The notes beneath the pieces were generated by a model. That model saw only the letters and a list, made by a program, of their open reading frames with translations, made no database searches and was not told where the DNA came from. A program made the position numbers and the translations under genes. From Ylistrum balloti (lineage: Eukaryota): DNA of 64,000 bases. Below are positions 1-33,230 of the stretch, piece by piece (within the stretch, counting starts at the first letter, position 1; every line of letters starts with the position of its first letter). The DNA lies in assembly GCF_031769215.1 (NCBI RefSeq), contig NW_026782452.1:62001-126000 (forward strand), given 5' to 3'.

Positions 1-1600
1 TCAGCGAGAGTTAAGACACGTCTGCTTGTTAGGTGGAAGGGGAGGCATATATCAATACGTCATTTTACATGTAATGGTCAATATCTCGGTATTGGCCAGG
101 TCGATTTTGGTGCGGTTTTCGATCTTGTTTTTTTTTCATTTTGGATCCGACATAACAATAATATATTCATAACTTAAACCCCGCACAGTTATATTCATGC
201 AACCAGATTTGATAGATATCGGACTGAATCAATTCAAGTATAGATGCCTCGTTGTCACGGGGAAAAAACCCTGCACTTTCAGATGGCAATGATTTGAACA
301 TTGACGTTTTTAATGATAAACATACTGACAGGTCGTGTAGTAGGCCATAAACATACTCATTTCTCAGGAGCCCAACAATCTGATTTGCCTTATTTACTTG
401 AACATGTATATACTTTACACACGTGAGATGCCTATTTATGGTTACCCCGATATTTCTCTCGCTTTCAATATTTCATTAATAATGGATACAATTGTTTTTA
501 AAACGTTTTCTAATACTTCTTATTGTATTCTATTGAAAATAAATGTGATACTGTATTATTTATCTCACACGTGTATGTCAATAGTGCGACTGGACTCATT
601 CAAACTTACGTGTTATAAAAATTCCCGTGAAAGTAGATTGTCTGAAATTTGATACTTTGTCGGTATCTTTAGTATTGTAATTCTATAACTATTGTGCCAG
701 TGATATGTATTCTTTGGCTACGCTTTTCTTTGTATATTGTAGGTACTTCTGTATTTGACTATTTTAGGGCAAACATTCGAAAATAAGACATCTTATATGC
801 TTATATGCTACATGCTAATGTTTCCTAATGGTCATGAAAAGTATTTTTGTTTAAACATGACCAAGTTAACAAGATTGTATTAACCTCTCTGTTTCATTTC
901 GTTATGTCTCTTGCCTTGTGAGAGAGGTTGGTTGAAATGTTTTTTCTTCTTCGTAAATCCACCCGTGTCCGGGTATCGTCTGCACGATGATCGTCAGTGT
1001 TCTGGCGACGTATATGTATGTATAGCAGTCTAAAAATAGAAGATATACTATCTATATATAGCGCCATAAGATTTACGGAAGTGACGTAATAAGATATATA
1101 TTATGGGATGTATGGAACTATGAAGAATCGACCTTGTTGAAACGTAGTATCAATCCGCATGATTGCCGAGGAATATGTTTCCATACTCTGGCTACAAATC
1201 TTCATATAACCCATATATTTCATACTCACTTATTCAATTATGATACAGTATAGGACCATTTTGGAGAAAATACGAAGTTCTGTGCTGTTTCCAGTTATTT
1301 ATCTTTATGACTATTTTCGGGCGCGGAATCAGTATTGTATTTGTATAATTTTGTCAGTCTTGACACTGAAAAACGGCAATTCCACACGGTTAAGATATAA
1401 ATTTCTTCCTAATTACACTTAATTTGGACCAAGATGAAGAAACATACGTTTAAGAGAATTCAATATGAATTGACTATGGTATAGATGTTGATTTCGTTTT
1501 GTATTCTGGGGCAATATTTCAGCTTTACTGAATTATATATCAGTCGTTTTATTTGCTTCGAACCTCCATTTATATCCATTGATATCGAGCTATCTTCAAG

Positions 1601-21649
<20,049 letters not shown>

Positions 21650-22325
21650 GGCGTTAGGAAGAAGATTTATTGATCGCCAATTCTCTTCAATAGACTGGAT
21701 GAAGTTTCAGTTGGTATCCCACGGGGACATGTTTTCCAGATGACTTTTTGGCGAATCGCTCACCAATGTGACAGTCACAGATTGCAAGATGATGTTTCCG
21801 TTTGTAATTGAGTCTGTATTTTTGGCAGCGTGGATGTTATATAGGAAACCACTTGTGGACTACTACCATGTCATCAATAGATGTGATATTTCATAACAAG
21901 TATAAGGAAGCTGTAATGGACACACAAAGTTGTTCTGGGAGTGAGTGGTTTCTAGATCTTAAATACATTGTCTTAAATATTATGCATATTTGCAATATAT
22001 TATAAATGTGCACTTGACAGTCAAAGACTGAAAGCTGAAGAAGTTACAGATTGAAAAACCAGGTAGACTTGCCATTCTGATTGAAACCAGGGGACTCGTA
22101 CATCGTAATTAAAGAACAGAATAGGTATATACCTTTTGGAGATCCTGGTACACGGAAACAACCTAATGTGGACAATTTTGTCTTAATTTGATGTGTTTGC
22201 TCCATGAGTAAATGTGCAAATCAAAAAAAATATTTATGATGTTAAAAGGGTCCCAAAATTGGAAGTAAACAATTACCTTTTTTCAGAAATACAGAAAAAA
22301 ACCTTAATGTTTGAATGTATTATGA

Positions 22326-22331
22326 AATAAA
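22326..22331 (+). terminator. Candidate polyadenylation signal of CUL3
   Basis: AATAAA about 680 nt downstream of the CUL3 stop, followed by TG-rich sequence. The hexamer is common in AT-rich DNA. Confidence 0.4.
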
Positions 22332-25300
22332 GCAGTGATCTGTTACCTGTGATTGTGTATCACAGGAACAGTTACCTGTCAGTTGTAAGTGGGTTTTGTT
22401 GAGAATTTCATTGTTCTATAATAAACTTACCAATAGCTGCTTAAAAAGCGTCTTAGTGTAAAACAAGAGAAAGAAGTCCTTAGTTATATGTATCCATAAT
22501 ATATTAATTTTTGTTGTTGAGAATTTAATGTTGCCAGTAGATTTTACTGAAAATTGAATACTTAAAAAAGTGACGAATTGCAAGAAGGTGTTCAAGGGAG
22601 AAAGGGAGACAACTACATTTCTGTTATGTATATTAAAGATTTGTTGAGGAGTGGAACCCCTAACAAATCTACCACCATATGAATATACAGGAGACATGAA
22701 TTACTATGGAATCAGATGAATGTACAAGAGAAGTGAATTACTATGAACTGGTTGAAATGACATACAATGCTTTAAACTTGATGGAGACAAGATGTTGTAT
22801 GATTTACCATTTTGAAAGATTTCAGGGTACATTTCGTAATTTATGTATAAATTTGAATGAGAGGTAGATTTTAAAAAATGCCCACAAGGCCTTACTTGCT
22901 TTGATACATAACTTTTCACTTCTTCAATAAACAGAACAATATGTTGGGTAGATTTTTAAGAAGATTCTAAAGTTACCATATGGAATTCAGCTGGCTGGTT
23001 GGATCCAGTTCAGAGGGAGGAAGGAACAGATTTTCTTTTAAAAAAAAATGAATATCTGTATCAATAGTTTGTTTATGATTTTCAATGGTGATAAAAGGAT
23101 ATTGTACAAAAGAATAAAAGTTTAGACCAGATGGTAATCTTGAAAAGGTACAATAGTGAAGAAAAATCATTTTCGTTTTGATGTCGAGAGTTAATGTCAT
23201 TGAATAAGCACTGAGCACCTAAGTTTCATCCTCTAACAAATGCAACTTTCAAGACCCTAAAGAATTGGCTTTATTGAATCTCATGTTTTGCATAGTTATA
23301 GGTTTTCAGTTTCCCTGGTCTGATGGACTGTAGAGGTCATGGAATTTTGCATCATTCATGTGTCAACCATTTCCTTAAAACAACTTTTGTTGAAAACAAC
23401 AAAGTAGATGTTTTGATGTGAACAGGTCATTGGGTAAACAGAAGTAGAGTTGAATGAGAACAGAGAATTTGGGCTGATTACTGAAGCATCTAGGTGAGAG
23501 ATGTAGGCCCTCTTGGTTGACGTGGACAGCTATAGTGCAGTGGTGAAGACCCAAGATAAGTGGTTTGATCCCCAACTTGATTGGTTTCTGTTTCTTAGGT
23601 AGCAGACATCACAGACAGTACTGTTTTGCAATTGTGATATCCTTCAGAAAGACATCTCACCCCAATGCTTCTGGTTAGCATGTGACAGACCTCTTACATT
23701 TTGTTTTTAGTGGTAGTGATCAGCATCTCAAAGAGACTGCCTCAAATGACCCTGACTGTTTACAAGGTTAAGCTAGTCTTTAGATATAAAGGGTTTCGTA
23801 CTTAACTGGACAAGTAGAAATAAAGAGGTGCCCCTTACTGATGGATTATTGCAGTATTTTGTCAAGTACTGGTAATGATTTATTTCGTAAACATCTGTGT
23901 AAGTCAACATAAATAGGTTGACTAGGATTACGATTCTGTACAAAGTTTAACCATTTTTTTTATATGTTTACAGAAAACTTGTTATATATTTGGTTGGAAA
24001 ATGATAGCCTAGTTCATATTTAACTTCCCAGAAACATTAATGATGATATCCAGTCATTGGCAGATCCGGAGGCATTTCCAGATGGGAAAAACTTGAAGAA
24101 TGTTCCTTGTAAGGGAGTCGGTTCCTAAAACCTGAAACCCTAGATCCACCATTGAGGTCATATTTACATATTGCAGATTATAGAACTGAATATGCTCCTT
24201 TTAAACTCTCTAGATCCATCTGTGATGTTACTTGTTGAAGATGGTACACCTCTAAAATTTTAATTTGGAACTCCTCTAGATCCAATACTGACGTTACTTG
24301 TTACAGACTGTAGCCTTCCTAATTCATGGTCTTTTGGAACCCCTCCACCATTGAGGTTCCTTGTAACAGATTATAGACCTCCAGGTGGTCCCTGGTTGCT
24401 TGCTGACTGTAAGATGATCAACTGAGTTATATAATGTTGGTACCAATTAAGTGTCCTGTATTAAGTATGCTGATGAATGTATGCAAGTATGAATACATGT
24501 GATCTACAAACAGTGAATTTGTCTTTGTGTTTTATTTAATTTCTACATGAACAAAATATGGCAACAATACTCAAAATGTTGGGATACTGTTAGGCAATAG
24601 AGACACATGGTAATGTGAGGATACCATAGACCTGGAAACATGTATTCTGATTTTAACGAGTGTTTACAATACATATTGTGATTTCAGATATCAGATTTAT
24701 TGTGACCCTGTACTGTACTCCCAAATAGATATCCTGATTTCAGCTTATGACCTCGGGTCTCAACAGGTGTAGTTTGAGGTGCTCCATGTCCATAGAGACA
24801 TCTTGATTTCAGGATATAACATCAGCTTTAATGTATGGATACTATCCAAATCGACTTCAACGTCTATATGGGGTAGACATGATATGATGATGTGAACCTG
24901 CATTTTTCAATCAGTTTCATCACTATTCCTGGAGATATCACATAATACTATTCTTGATATCTGTTAATGTAGCCCTAAAGACAGCTTGACAAACCTTGGT
25001 CTGAAACGACTGTCAGCAAAGGTTAAAGTTAAGCCCGTTACAAAAAAGAAAAATATACAGTACACGCATATTGCCTGAAGTGCAAGAGAGCTTATGCTGT
25101 AGTACGTCATCTGTCGTTTGGCATCTGATGTCCAGAGCTAACTTTCTCATTAACAACTTCTTCTCAATAACCAAAAGACTAAGGGTATTAGACATGCAGT
25201 ATACTGGGATAAAGGCTACAAGTATATTTATTTGAATGACCTTGACCCACTTCCAAGGTCACAGGAGTAAAATATGTTCAACTTCTCCAGAATACTGTAC

Positions 25301-25959
25301 GTGCAACTAATTTTGATAATCTTACTTCACGTCTTTTTGCACAGTTAATATTGTGGTAATTATAACATAGATAACAATTATGACTGATAACTGAATTCAT
25401 CAGTTCACTAATTTGCCAAAATCTGATAATATAAATGAAATTTCAGTTTTTGCTGAATTATGTAAATTTATAGTAAGCGGAAGGCACAGGGCATCGATAT
25501 TGAGCCAGTCTCTACTAGAGTTGTCGTTCTGTTCAATACGCAGCACACAGACTATCAATAATTGACCTCACAGTCAGGGTCAGAGTTTGATGTTTTGCAT
25601 AAATATGATGGCACCCCTGACAGCACCAACGAAGGAAACACTTGTTGACTGTCTTAAATGCCATTGATCATAACATTCACACTTTTGGGAAGAAAATATG
25701 TAAAAATTGTAGCCAAATTACCATCAATAATCACTGATATCACAGATAAACATGTATTTCAGGAATACATCGACAGTTTAAAAGCGAAAGAAAAAATCTA
25801 ACCTTAACAATTGTTTACTGTTTGGTAATCATAGTTCTTTCATGATAAAATCCATAACATTTATATCCACTTTGACTACTGTAATCATTTATCAGAAACA
25901 CAAATGTTTATTTTCAAATTACCGATACAAATAACAAAAGATGAAAAAAAAGTGCCTTA

Positions 25960-26097
25960 GCTTGTGCCTGTAGCATGCTTTTACAAAGGGGGTTCAAAGT
26001 TTGTTTAAATGAATGACCTTGACCCACTTTCAAGGTCACCAGGTTGCTGATATTGGGCCTGTAGCATGCTGTGGTGAGGGCTACCATGTTAGTTTAA
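25960..26097 (+). repeat. Dispersed repeat copy (TGACCTTGACC family)
   Basis: GAATGACCTTGACCCACTTT..GCTGATATT.GGCCTGTAGCATGC..AGGGCTACC.TGTTAGTTTAATG also occurs at 31480-31626, and partially near 25230. Confidence 0.7.
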
Positions 26098-26955
26098 TGG
26101 AAAATAAGTCCCATAGGTCAATTCTTAAATCATGTTTGTGTTTATCTCTTAACCTCCAACATTGCTATATGTAGTGACGGGGTGGGGATCTCAACTGCTT
26201 CCGAGATGTAACAAGGAAACTATGTCCCTTGGGGTGGGTCCAGACCCCTCCCACCAAGGAGTGGGGGCTCTATTTATACAAAATTTATCCCCAAACACAC
26301 AAGGAGCAGGATCTTTTCAGAATTTGCTCAGTATCCCTTTTTGAGCCCTTGCCCACCAGTCCTTTAGACCAGGACTGATTAATTACAGTGAAGTATCACA
26401 AAAGTTACACAAGTCCGTTGGAAAATTACTCAGTTTTTTAATGCCATCTATTTAAATTTGATTTTATTTCATTTTTTGTGCAAGAAATGGTATCAAATAT
26501 GGGGTGTACCTTAATCATACATTCTGTTTTATAAATATCACAAATTAACAGAAATCATATGTCACAAAAACTTGTAAGACCAATTTTAAAAGGATGAAGC
26601 TTTCCACTACAGATTATTTTGATAAGTTTAGTTAAGGACTTTTGGAGAAAAAATGGCAAGGTTAGTTAACTCAAATTTATCCGCTACAATATAACAAAGA
26701 GATACAGTCAGTTTATTATCCCTCTGTATTTCCATACATTGGCCAGATGTGTTGGGAACTTCTGAAAAAGCAATAGGTCCTGAGTCGGGTTTTGAGTCAA
26801 CAAAAGTAATACTTTGAGACATTTGATATGTACTTTTACTTTCACTTTCTTTTTGTGTCTCTCCGTTTCCGGTTTAAAATACGAAACTACGGCTCTATGG
26901 CTTTCAGACGCATTCATCGAGGAGACGTACATGGTCGTTTACGTTTAGGACGACA

Positions 26956-29900
26956 ATGAATCCTTTGACGTGAGTAAGCTTATACTATTTGTCAGCTATA
27001 TACATCATAGCAGGTAAAGGACTGTTTAGTCTTTTAAAAAATCACAATTGTTCGTATAATATAACTGTTTAATTACTTGCTCTCGTTGGTGTCCTACATC
27101 GATACTCAGATAAACTAAGGACGCTCAAAGGGATTCCTTTCATTTCTTATACAGTATTTATCCTGCATGCTCTGTCTGTTTTTACCTTACTGAGGTTTTG
27201 GACAATTGTTTAAAAAGTCCTGGGATTAACAGGGTAGGGAGTTGGTCTGTTCGTAATCTGTGTTGGTCATTTTATCTTCGGTATACATTTCCTTCCTCTG
27301 TTGTCAATTATAAAGTCATCTTCAGCTTTAAACCTTCATACTCTGAGCATGAGGTAAACTTTTGTAATAATCTTACAGAACAACAACGTGTTAACTAGCT
27401 TTACAAAGTGCCCAGTATTTGTTACACCAAATAATATTTCCTTGAAGAAGTTTTATTTATCCTGTTGTTAACAGTTCTTTTGATTTGGTTTTAATAATAG
27501 CAATATAAAGAATACTCAGGAGCTAAACAAGAAAGAGTTAGAACTTGGACTAATTGGAAAGAAATCGTGGCATGACAAGTATAAAGACAGTGCTTGGGTG
27601 TTCTTGGGAGGACTTCCTTATGAACTTACAGAGGGTGATGTAATCTGTGTGTTTTCACAGTAAGTACGGCCATTGTCGTTATCAGATTCACAGTAAGTAC
27701 GGCCATTGTCATTATCAGATTCACAGTAAGTACGGCCATTGTCGTTATCAGATTCACAGTAAGTACGGCCATTGTCGTTATCAGATTCACAGTAAGTACG
27801 GCCATTGTCATTATCAGATTCACAGTAAGTACGGCCATTGTCGTTATCAGATTCACAGTAAGTACGGCCATTGTCGTTATCAGATTCACAGTAAGTACGG
27901 CCATTGTCGTTATCAGATTCACAGTAAGTACGGCCATTGTCATTATCAGATTCACAGTAAGTACGGCCATTGTCGTTATCAGATTCACAGTAAGTACGGC
28001 CATTGTCGTTATCAGATTCACAGTAAGTACGGCCATTGTCGTTATCAGATTCACAGTAAGTACGGCCATTGTCGTTATCAGATTCACAGTAAGTACGGCC
28101 ATTGTCGTTAGCAGATTCACAGTAAGTACGGCCATTGTCGTTAGCAGATTCACAGTAAGTATGGCCAGTGAAGTTGGCAGATTTTGTGTTTAAGCTATCC
28201 CTACAGCCTTTCAAAGCTGAAGCATAGAAATTTAAAAGGTATCCCATTTATTTTTAGTATTTCACCTCAAACCCCTGTATGATTCTTAATTTTTGTGGGG
28301 AATTCATTTTCATTGAGTTTTTGGGCACTGTGAACTCACTAATTTACATGTCTAGGAAATAATGAACAGCTACAAGATTTTAAAGTATTTTGTGAATTAA
28401 GTTTATTTTGTGAATTTTGTGATGCAAGATTTATCATTGAAATCAAGTGCCAACAAAAATACATATTTTTGGAAAATTAGGAAATCTTAGTCCAAAGAAA
28501 ATGTGATTTTACAGTGAAGAGACGGGTCCAATCTAATCTGAAATTGGTTCAATTTAGAAAATGCCAAACATAAACTATGTATTGACAATAAAGATTTTCT
28601 CCATAAGAAAATAATGAAAATAAACCTTTCAAGCTGTGATCACGTTCTTGGAATGAGTGATTAATAAGCTGGTAGTGAAGTATTTCTGAGACACAGAGTA
28701 ATATAAAGAACGATTATCTGATATCTGTTTTTGAATTCTAGATATGGTGAGGTAGTGAATGTGAATCTAGTGCGGGACAAACAGTCAGGAAAGTTTAAAG
28801 GCTTTGGATTCTTGTGTTATGAGGACCAACGGAGCACAGTGTTGGCAGTGGACAATCTCAACGGATTCAACGTTAGTTACACATTATATATAATAATAAA
28901 ACTATTTGTTAAGCTGATGAAATATTCTTTTGGTTTCCTATTTACAGTGAATCTGTCACCTTTAGTATTTTATGATTTAGCACAGTTCAACCAGCAACAA
29001 ATGACTAAATTTCCCACTTCAACCGCTTCAGATGATGTTTCTGGTGATCCTATCAAAACTTTTGTGAAAATGAAAATGGATACCTTTAAGTTAAAAGCAT
29101 GGTTGTTCCAATTATTTTTTAACCTATAATCTTATTCACATGGCTCTGCATCTGTGGTCTGTCGTCAGTCTGTCCGTAAACAATTTTTGTTTTTGCTATT
29201 TCTTGAGAAGTACTGGATGGATTCTCAGATTGCATATATAGGTTCCCCTTGGTCCCTAATTGTGCTTGTTTGAGTTTGGGACTGAAACAAAGTAGCTTCC
29301 AGGCGGCCATTTTGGATTTGGCAAGTAAAGATTATTATTGATTTTCCTGCAAAGGAATGTTCGAATGTCTGATTATTAAGAGCGAAAACAGAGAAAAGAA
29401 GGGAAATGATCCAACTTTCAAAGAGCATATAAAGATCAAACAATGGTGGGGGCCAAGATCCCTCTGGGATCTCTTGGTTTTTCTCTTTTCACTGTATCTA
29501 TGTACTTGTTAAGTTTGTGATTTCAGTTTTGCTTGACGAAAAAAGATTAAGTTAAGAAGTCTAACAGATGGTACTTGAATGTGCTTTGAGTACAAACAAC
29601 ATTTGAGTTTGCTTGAACACCAATATTTTGGTACATAGTGTCCTAGTTCACTTTAAATATTCCTTTTTGTTCATATTCCTATTAGCTAACAACTATTATT
29701 TATTCATAGATAATAGTGAAATCATGATAAAAAGAGTAAGCAGGCCAACTTAATGGATTTGCAGTGTAAATCAAGGACTGGCTTTTCTAAACTGTTATCC
29801 ATTTCTCTACATTTTTACCAGTTACTAAACAGGACAATCCGTGTGGATCATGTGGAAGGTTACAGACAGCCCAAAGAACATGGAGATGAAGATGAAGTGA

Positions 29901-31386
29901 CGCAAAAGCTGCGAGCAGAAGGCTGTGCCCCAAAAGTGGCAGATGATGATGAAGATGATGAAGAGGAAGATGACTTTGTTTTGCCAATAAAGAAGGAAAA
30001 GAAAGGTTAGGAAAAAGTGAACAGTGTCATTCATAATGAAAAGGATTCCCGTTCCCACATACCGTTACTTTTATAGAAATACAATGAAAATATCACAATT
30101 CCTACTCCCTCTGCATAAATCTCCACCCTCACTACCTCCCATAAGTATAATCCCTACATTTACATGTAGATGTAGAACTACATCTTGTAAACATATCTCT
30201 ACCCCTTTCACAGATATGTTTCTACTTAATATCAATCTCGGTGATCCACCTTCACTCCCTCTCATGGGTTTACACCCAAACTAATAATTCCTCACAGATA
30301 TGTCCCTGTCCTATCTCAATCTCAAATGTTCCCATCTCGCTCCTTCTCATCCACATTTCAGGGTATTTAAAGCTGTTTTGCTTCTTTCAGAGTCTGAAAT
30401 AGCATGAAAAAAATTCAGATTATATAAAAACTGCTCATAAAATGATGAATTTTCAGTTTTTTTCAACCACATCAAAAATAGCAAGAATGGAAGTAAAGGG
30501 AGATGTCAAATTGTTTTAATGAACTTAAAGTTTTTGAGTCTCTGGTACATACCATCGGGTACATACCAGTTTAATGATTTGTGAATTATTCAGAGAAGTA
30601 ACAGGAATATGCCTAATTTTTAACTGTCTTAAATTTAAAAGTTAACGAAAAGATGTAAAATAAGATCATTTGAATAATATTGTTTAACACTTATTACATT
30701 TCCTAGAAAAACACAAGAAATCAAAGAAGAAGAAAGAAAAGAAGAAAAAAAAGAAGAAAGAGAAAAACTTCGAATCAGACTCCAGCAACAGTGATGAAAA
30801 TTCTACAGATGATGACAAGACACATGTGCAAATTAAGGCAGAAAAAGTTGATCGTGCTTATGACAAGGCTCTCACTTACAGTGGACAGAGTCACAGCAAA
30901 AGACATGAAGCTCCATTTAGTGGTAGTAGAACTAACAAAGATACAGTTGATGGCAGATCAAATAACAGGCAGAGACTTGAGGAAAGGGGGCCTAAGGACA
31001 GAGAGAGAAAATACAACAATGAAAGAGAAAGGGGTCGAAGGGAGAAAGAGACCGATATTGATTTTGGAAGGCAGCAGGTGAACAAAGATGATCAGTTTAT
31101 AAATGGAAGAGAGAGAAAGACTGGAGAAAGGACAAATGATGGAGTAAGGGGAAAAGGCAGGGATGAATGGATGAGGGAACAGGGTAGGGACGGGTATGGA
31201 GAGAGAGAGTGGGATAGGGACAGAGAAAGATATGGTGAGCGAGAAAGGAGAAGACAAGATGTACGGAAAAGGGATAGAAGTGATGACCGCTTGGCAGATG
31301 AAAACAGGAAACGATTTCACGATGAACGAACAAGATCAAATGACAGGTATCGAGACAATGAGAGTGATTACAGAAGACACAGGTAA
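26956..31386 (+). CDS. RBMX2: RNA-binding motif protein X-linked 2 (RES complex Snu17/Ist3 homologue)
   Basis: Exons 26956-26969, 27501-27659, 28742-28871, 29822-30005, 30707-31386. The translation reads MNPLT..[81 protein letters not shown], a typical RBMX2 RRM, followed by a K-rich segment and an R/D/E-rich tail. The 3' end may be alternatively spliced. Confidence 0.96.
27654..28165 (+). repeat. 33-bp tandem array (16 donors) straddling the RBMX2 exon 2 donor
   Basis: Unit GTAAGTACGGCCATTGTCGTTATCAGATTCACA. TTCACA|GTAAGT recurs every 33 nt from 27660 to 28155. Confidence 0.98.
29110..29480 (+). mobile_element. HINE-like element (copy 2)
   Basis: Same 5' microsatellite-like block and 3' palindrome (GATCCCTCTGGGATC-TCTTGGTTTT) as 19625-19925, plus a GGCGGCCATTTTGGATTT core. 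Confidence 0.6.
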
Positions 31387-31479
31387 GAATGTGTATAATT
31401 TTGTGTAAGCCAGGATATCAATATTTCTTATAATTGTGAATCATGAGTCGAAAATATAGGTAAATTTTGCCGAAGCACA

Positions 31480-31626
31480 GGGTACTGATATTAGCTGGGC
31501 CTGCGAAGATGAAGTAGTACCAAGTTTGTTAAAACGAATGATCTTGACCCACTTTTAAAGTTACAGGGGTACTGATATTTGGCCTGTAGCATGCCGGATG
31601 CAAGGGCTACCTTGTTAGTTTAATGA
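31480..31626 (+). repeat. Dispersed repeat copy (TGACCTTGACC family)
   Basis: Same-orientation diverged copy of 25960-26097. Confidence 0.7.
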
Positions 31627-32039
31627 ATGAATTTGACCTTTCATAGGCCATGTGTGAGTAGCTTTTGTAAAACAATTGGTTGTGGGTCGTGGGTCATGGT
31701 ATTTGTGTCAGCATGCTTGAGGAATAGACTGAAAAGTCATAAGATACAATGTAATGGGTTTTTGATCAACAAAAATAATACTCCTCTTCAAAATATGGGT
31801 TACCAGTATTATGAATAGATTTGATATCTATTTACTTTAATTTCCATCTTCTATAAATTTATATCTGTTCCCAGTTTAAATTACAAAACTATTGAATGAT
31901 TTTCTTTCTCAGAAAATTGGAATGTTTGCATTGTGGGACTAATGACTCGCCATTCCTCGATAAACAATGAAGAGATCTTTATACAATGTCATATACCAGC
32001 ACTCCATTTTCAGAAAGCGATCCAACTAATTGCTTGCAT

Positions 32040-32430
32040 AAAACATAAAACGTGGGATAATGAAAATTAGAGTATACATTGATCATACTAAATGGATGTG
32101 TAGTGTACCAAATTCAGGCCCCTTTGTTAAGTATTCATAGCATAACTTTGCTTTCATTTAAGCAATGATCATAAAACTTGGTGCATACATTGGTCATATG
32201 AAGACAATGTGCAATTTACCAATATTAGGGCCCTGCATACCTTGATTATTGAGTTATTTCCCTTTGTTAAAATTTTCTGTCTTGGACTTAACTTTACGTG
32301 CATTTAAACTAGGAAATAGTTAAAAAGTTTGTGTCATGAGCATAATTTGCGTCCAAACTAGGATAATGAAACTTGATGTATACAGTAATCATACTGAGAG
32401 AATGCAACACCTTGATCACAGAATTATTGC
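32040..32430. mobile_element. Fragment of the element family at 6345-7365
   Basis: About 3 diverged units with ATACATTG.TCATA, GCATAACTTTG, GAGTTATT.CCCTTTGTTAAAATTTT and ATTTAAACTAGGA. Confidence 0.6.
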
Positions 32431-32624
32431 CCAATGTGGACAGTCCAATTAAGTCGTTTTCAAGGATCATTCAACAGTGTCACAGACAGTCATTTTCTTT
32501 TGTTGTTTAATTTACCATTGAAATCTTATGTGCCATGATGTACATCTGTGCTTTCCTTAATTGTATGTACCATAATTTTATATGACAGGGCAGCAAGCCA
32601 GGCATTTTAACTTAATCCTTAATG

Positions 32625-33230
32625 TGTATGGGGCAAGTTTTGTGTGGCAAGTTGTGTGTGGTAAATCAAGTGTGGTAAGTTTTGTGGGATAAATCATGCG
32701 TGGAAAGTCATGTGAGACAAGTCATGCATGGTAAGTTGTGTGTGGTAAGTCATGCATGGTAAGTTGTGTGTGCTTAGTTGTGGGTGTTAAGTAATGCATG
32801 GTAAGTTGTGTGTGGTAAGTCATGCATGGTAAGTCGTGTGTGGTAAGTCATGCATGGTAAGTTGTGTGTGGTAAGTCATGCATGGTTAGTTGTGTGTGGT
32901 AAGGCATGCATGGTAAGTTGTGTGTGGTAGGGCATGCATGGTAAGTTGTGTGTGGTAAGTCATGCATGGTAAGTTGTGTGTACTTAGTTGTGGGTGTTAA
33001 GTCATGCATGGTAAGTCGTGTGTGTTAAGTCATGCATGGTAAGTCGTGTGTGTTAAGTCATGCATGGTAAGTCGTGTGTGGTAAGTCATGCATGGTAAGT
33101 CGTGTGTGGTAAGGCATGCATGGTAAGTTGTGTGTGGTAAGTCATGCATGGTAAGTTGTGTGTGGTAAGTCATGCATGGTTAGTTGTGTGTGGTAAGTCA
33201 TGCATGGTAAGTTGTGTGTGGTATGTTGTG
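32625..33230 (+). repeat. 14/28-bp minisatellite built from GTAAGT-initiated 14-mers (about 43 monomers)
   Basis: Alternating GTAAGTCATGCATG and GTAAGTTGTGTGTG, degenerate at the 5' edge. Confidence 0.95.

Noticed and set aside
1-1600. Short ORFs upstream of CUL3 and possible 5' UTR exons
   Set aside because: No recognisable protein, and UTR exon boundaries cannot be fixed from sequence alone.
24130-24400. Weak repeat of about 50 bp (TAGATCCA..TTGAGGT..CAGATT.TAG)
   Set aside because: Too degenerate to define a unit or an origin.
27618-28247. Repetitive ORFs of 154-209 aa (ESDNDNGRTYC and similar)
   Set aside because: A 33-bp period leaves several frames open. There is no independent evidence of coding.
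30050-30360. C-rich low-complexity stretch with short ORFs on both strands
   Set aside because: A degenerate intronic repeat in RBMX2 with no splice-consistent coding link.
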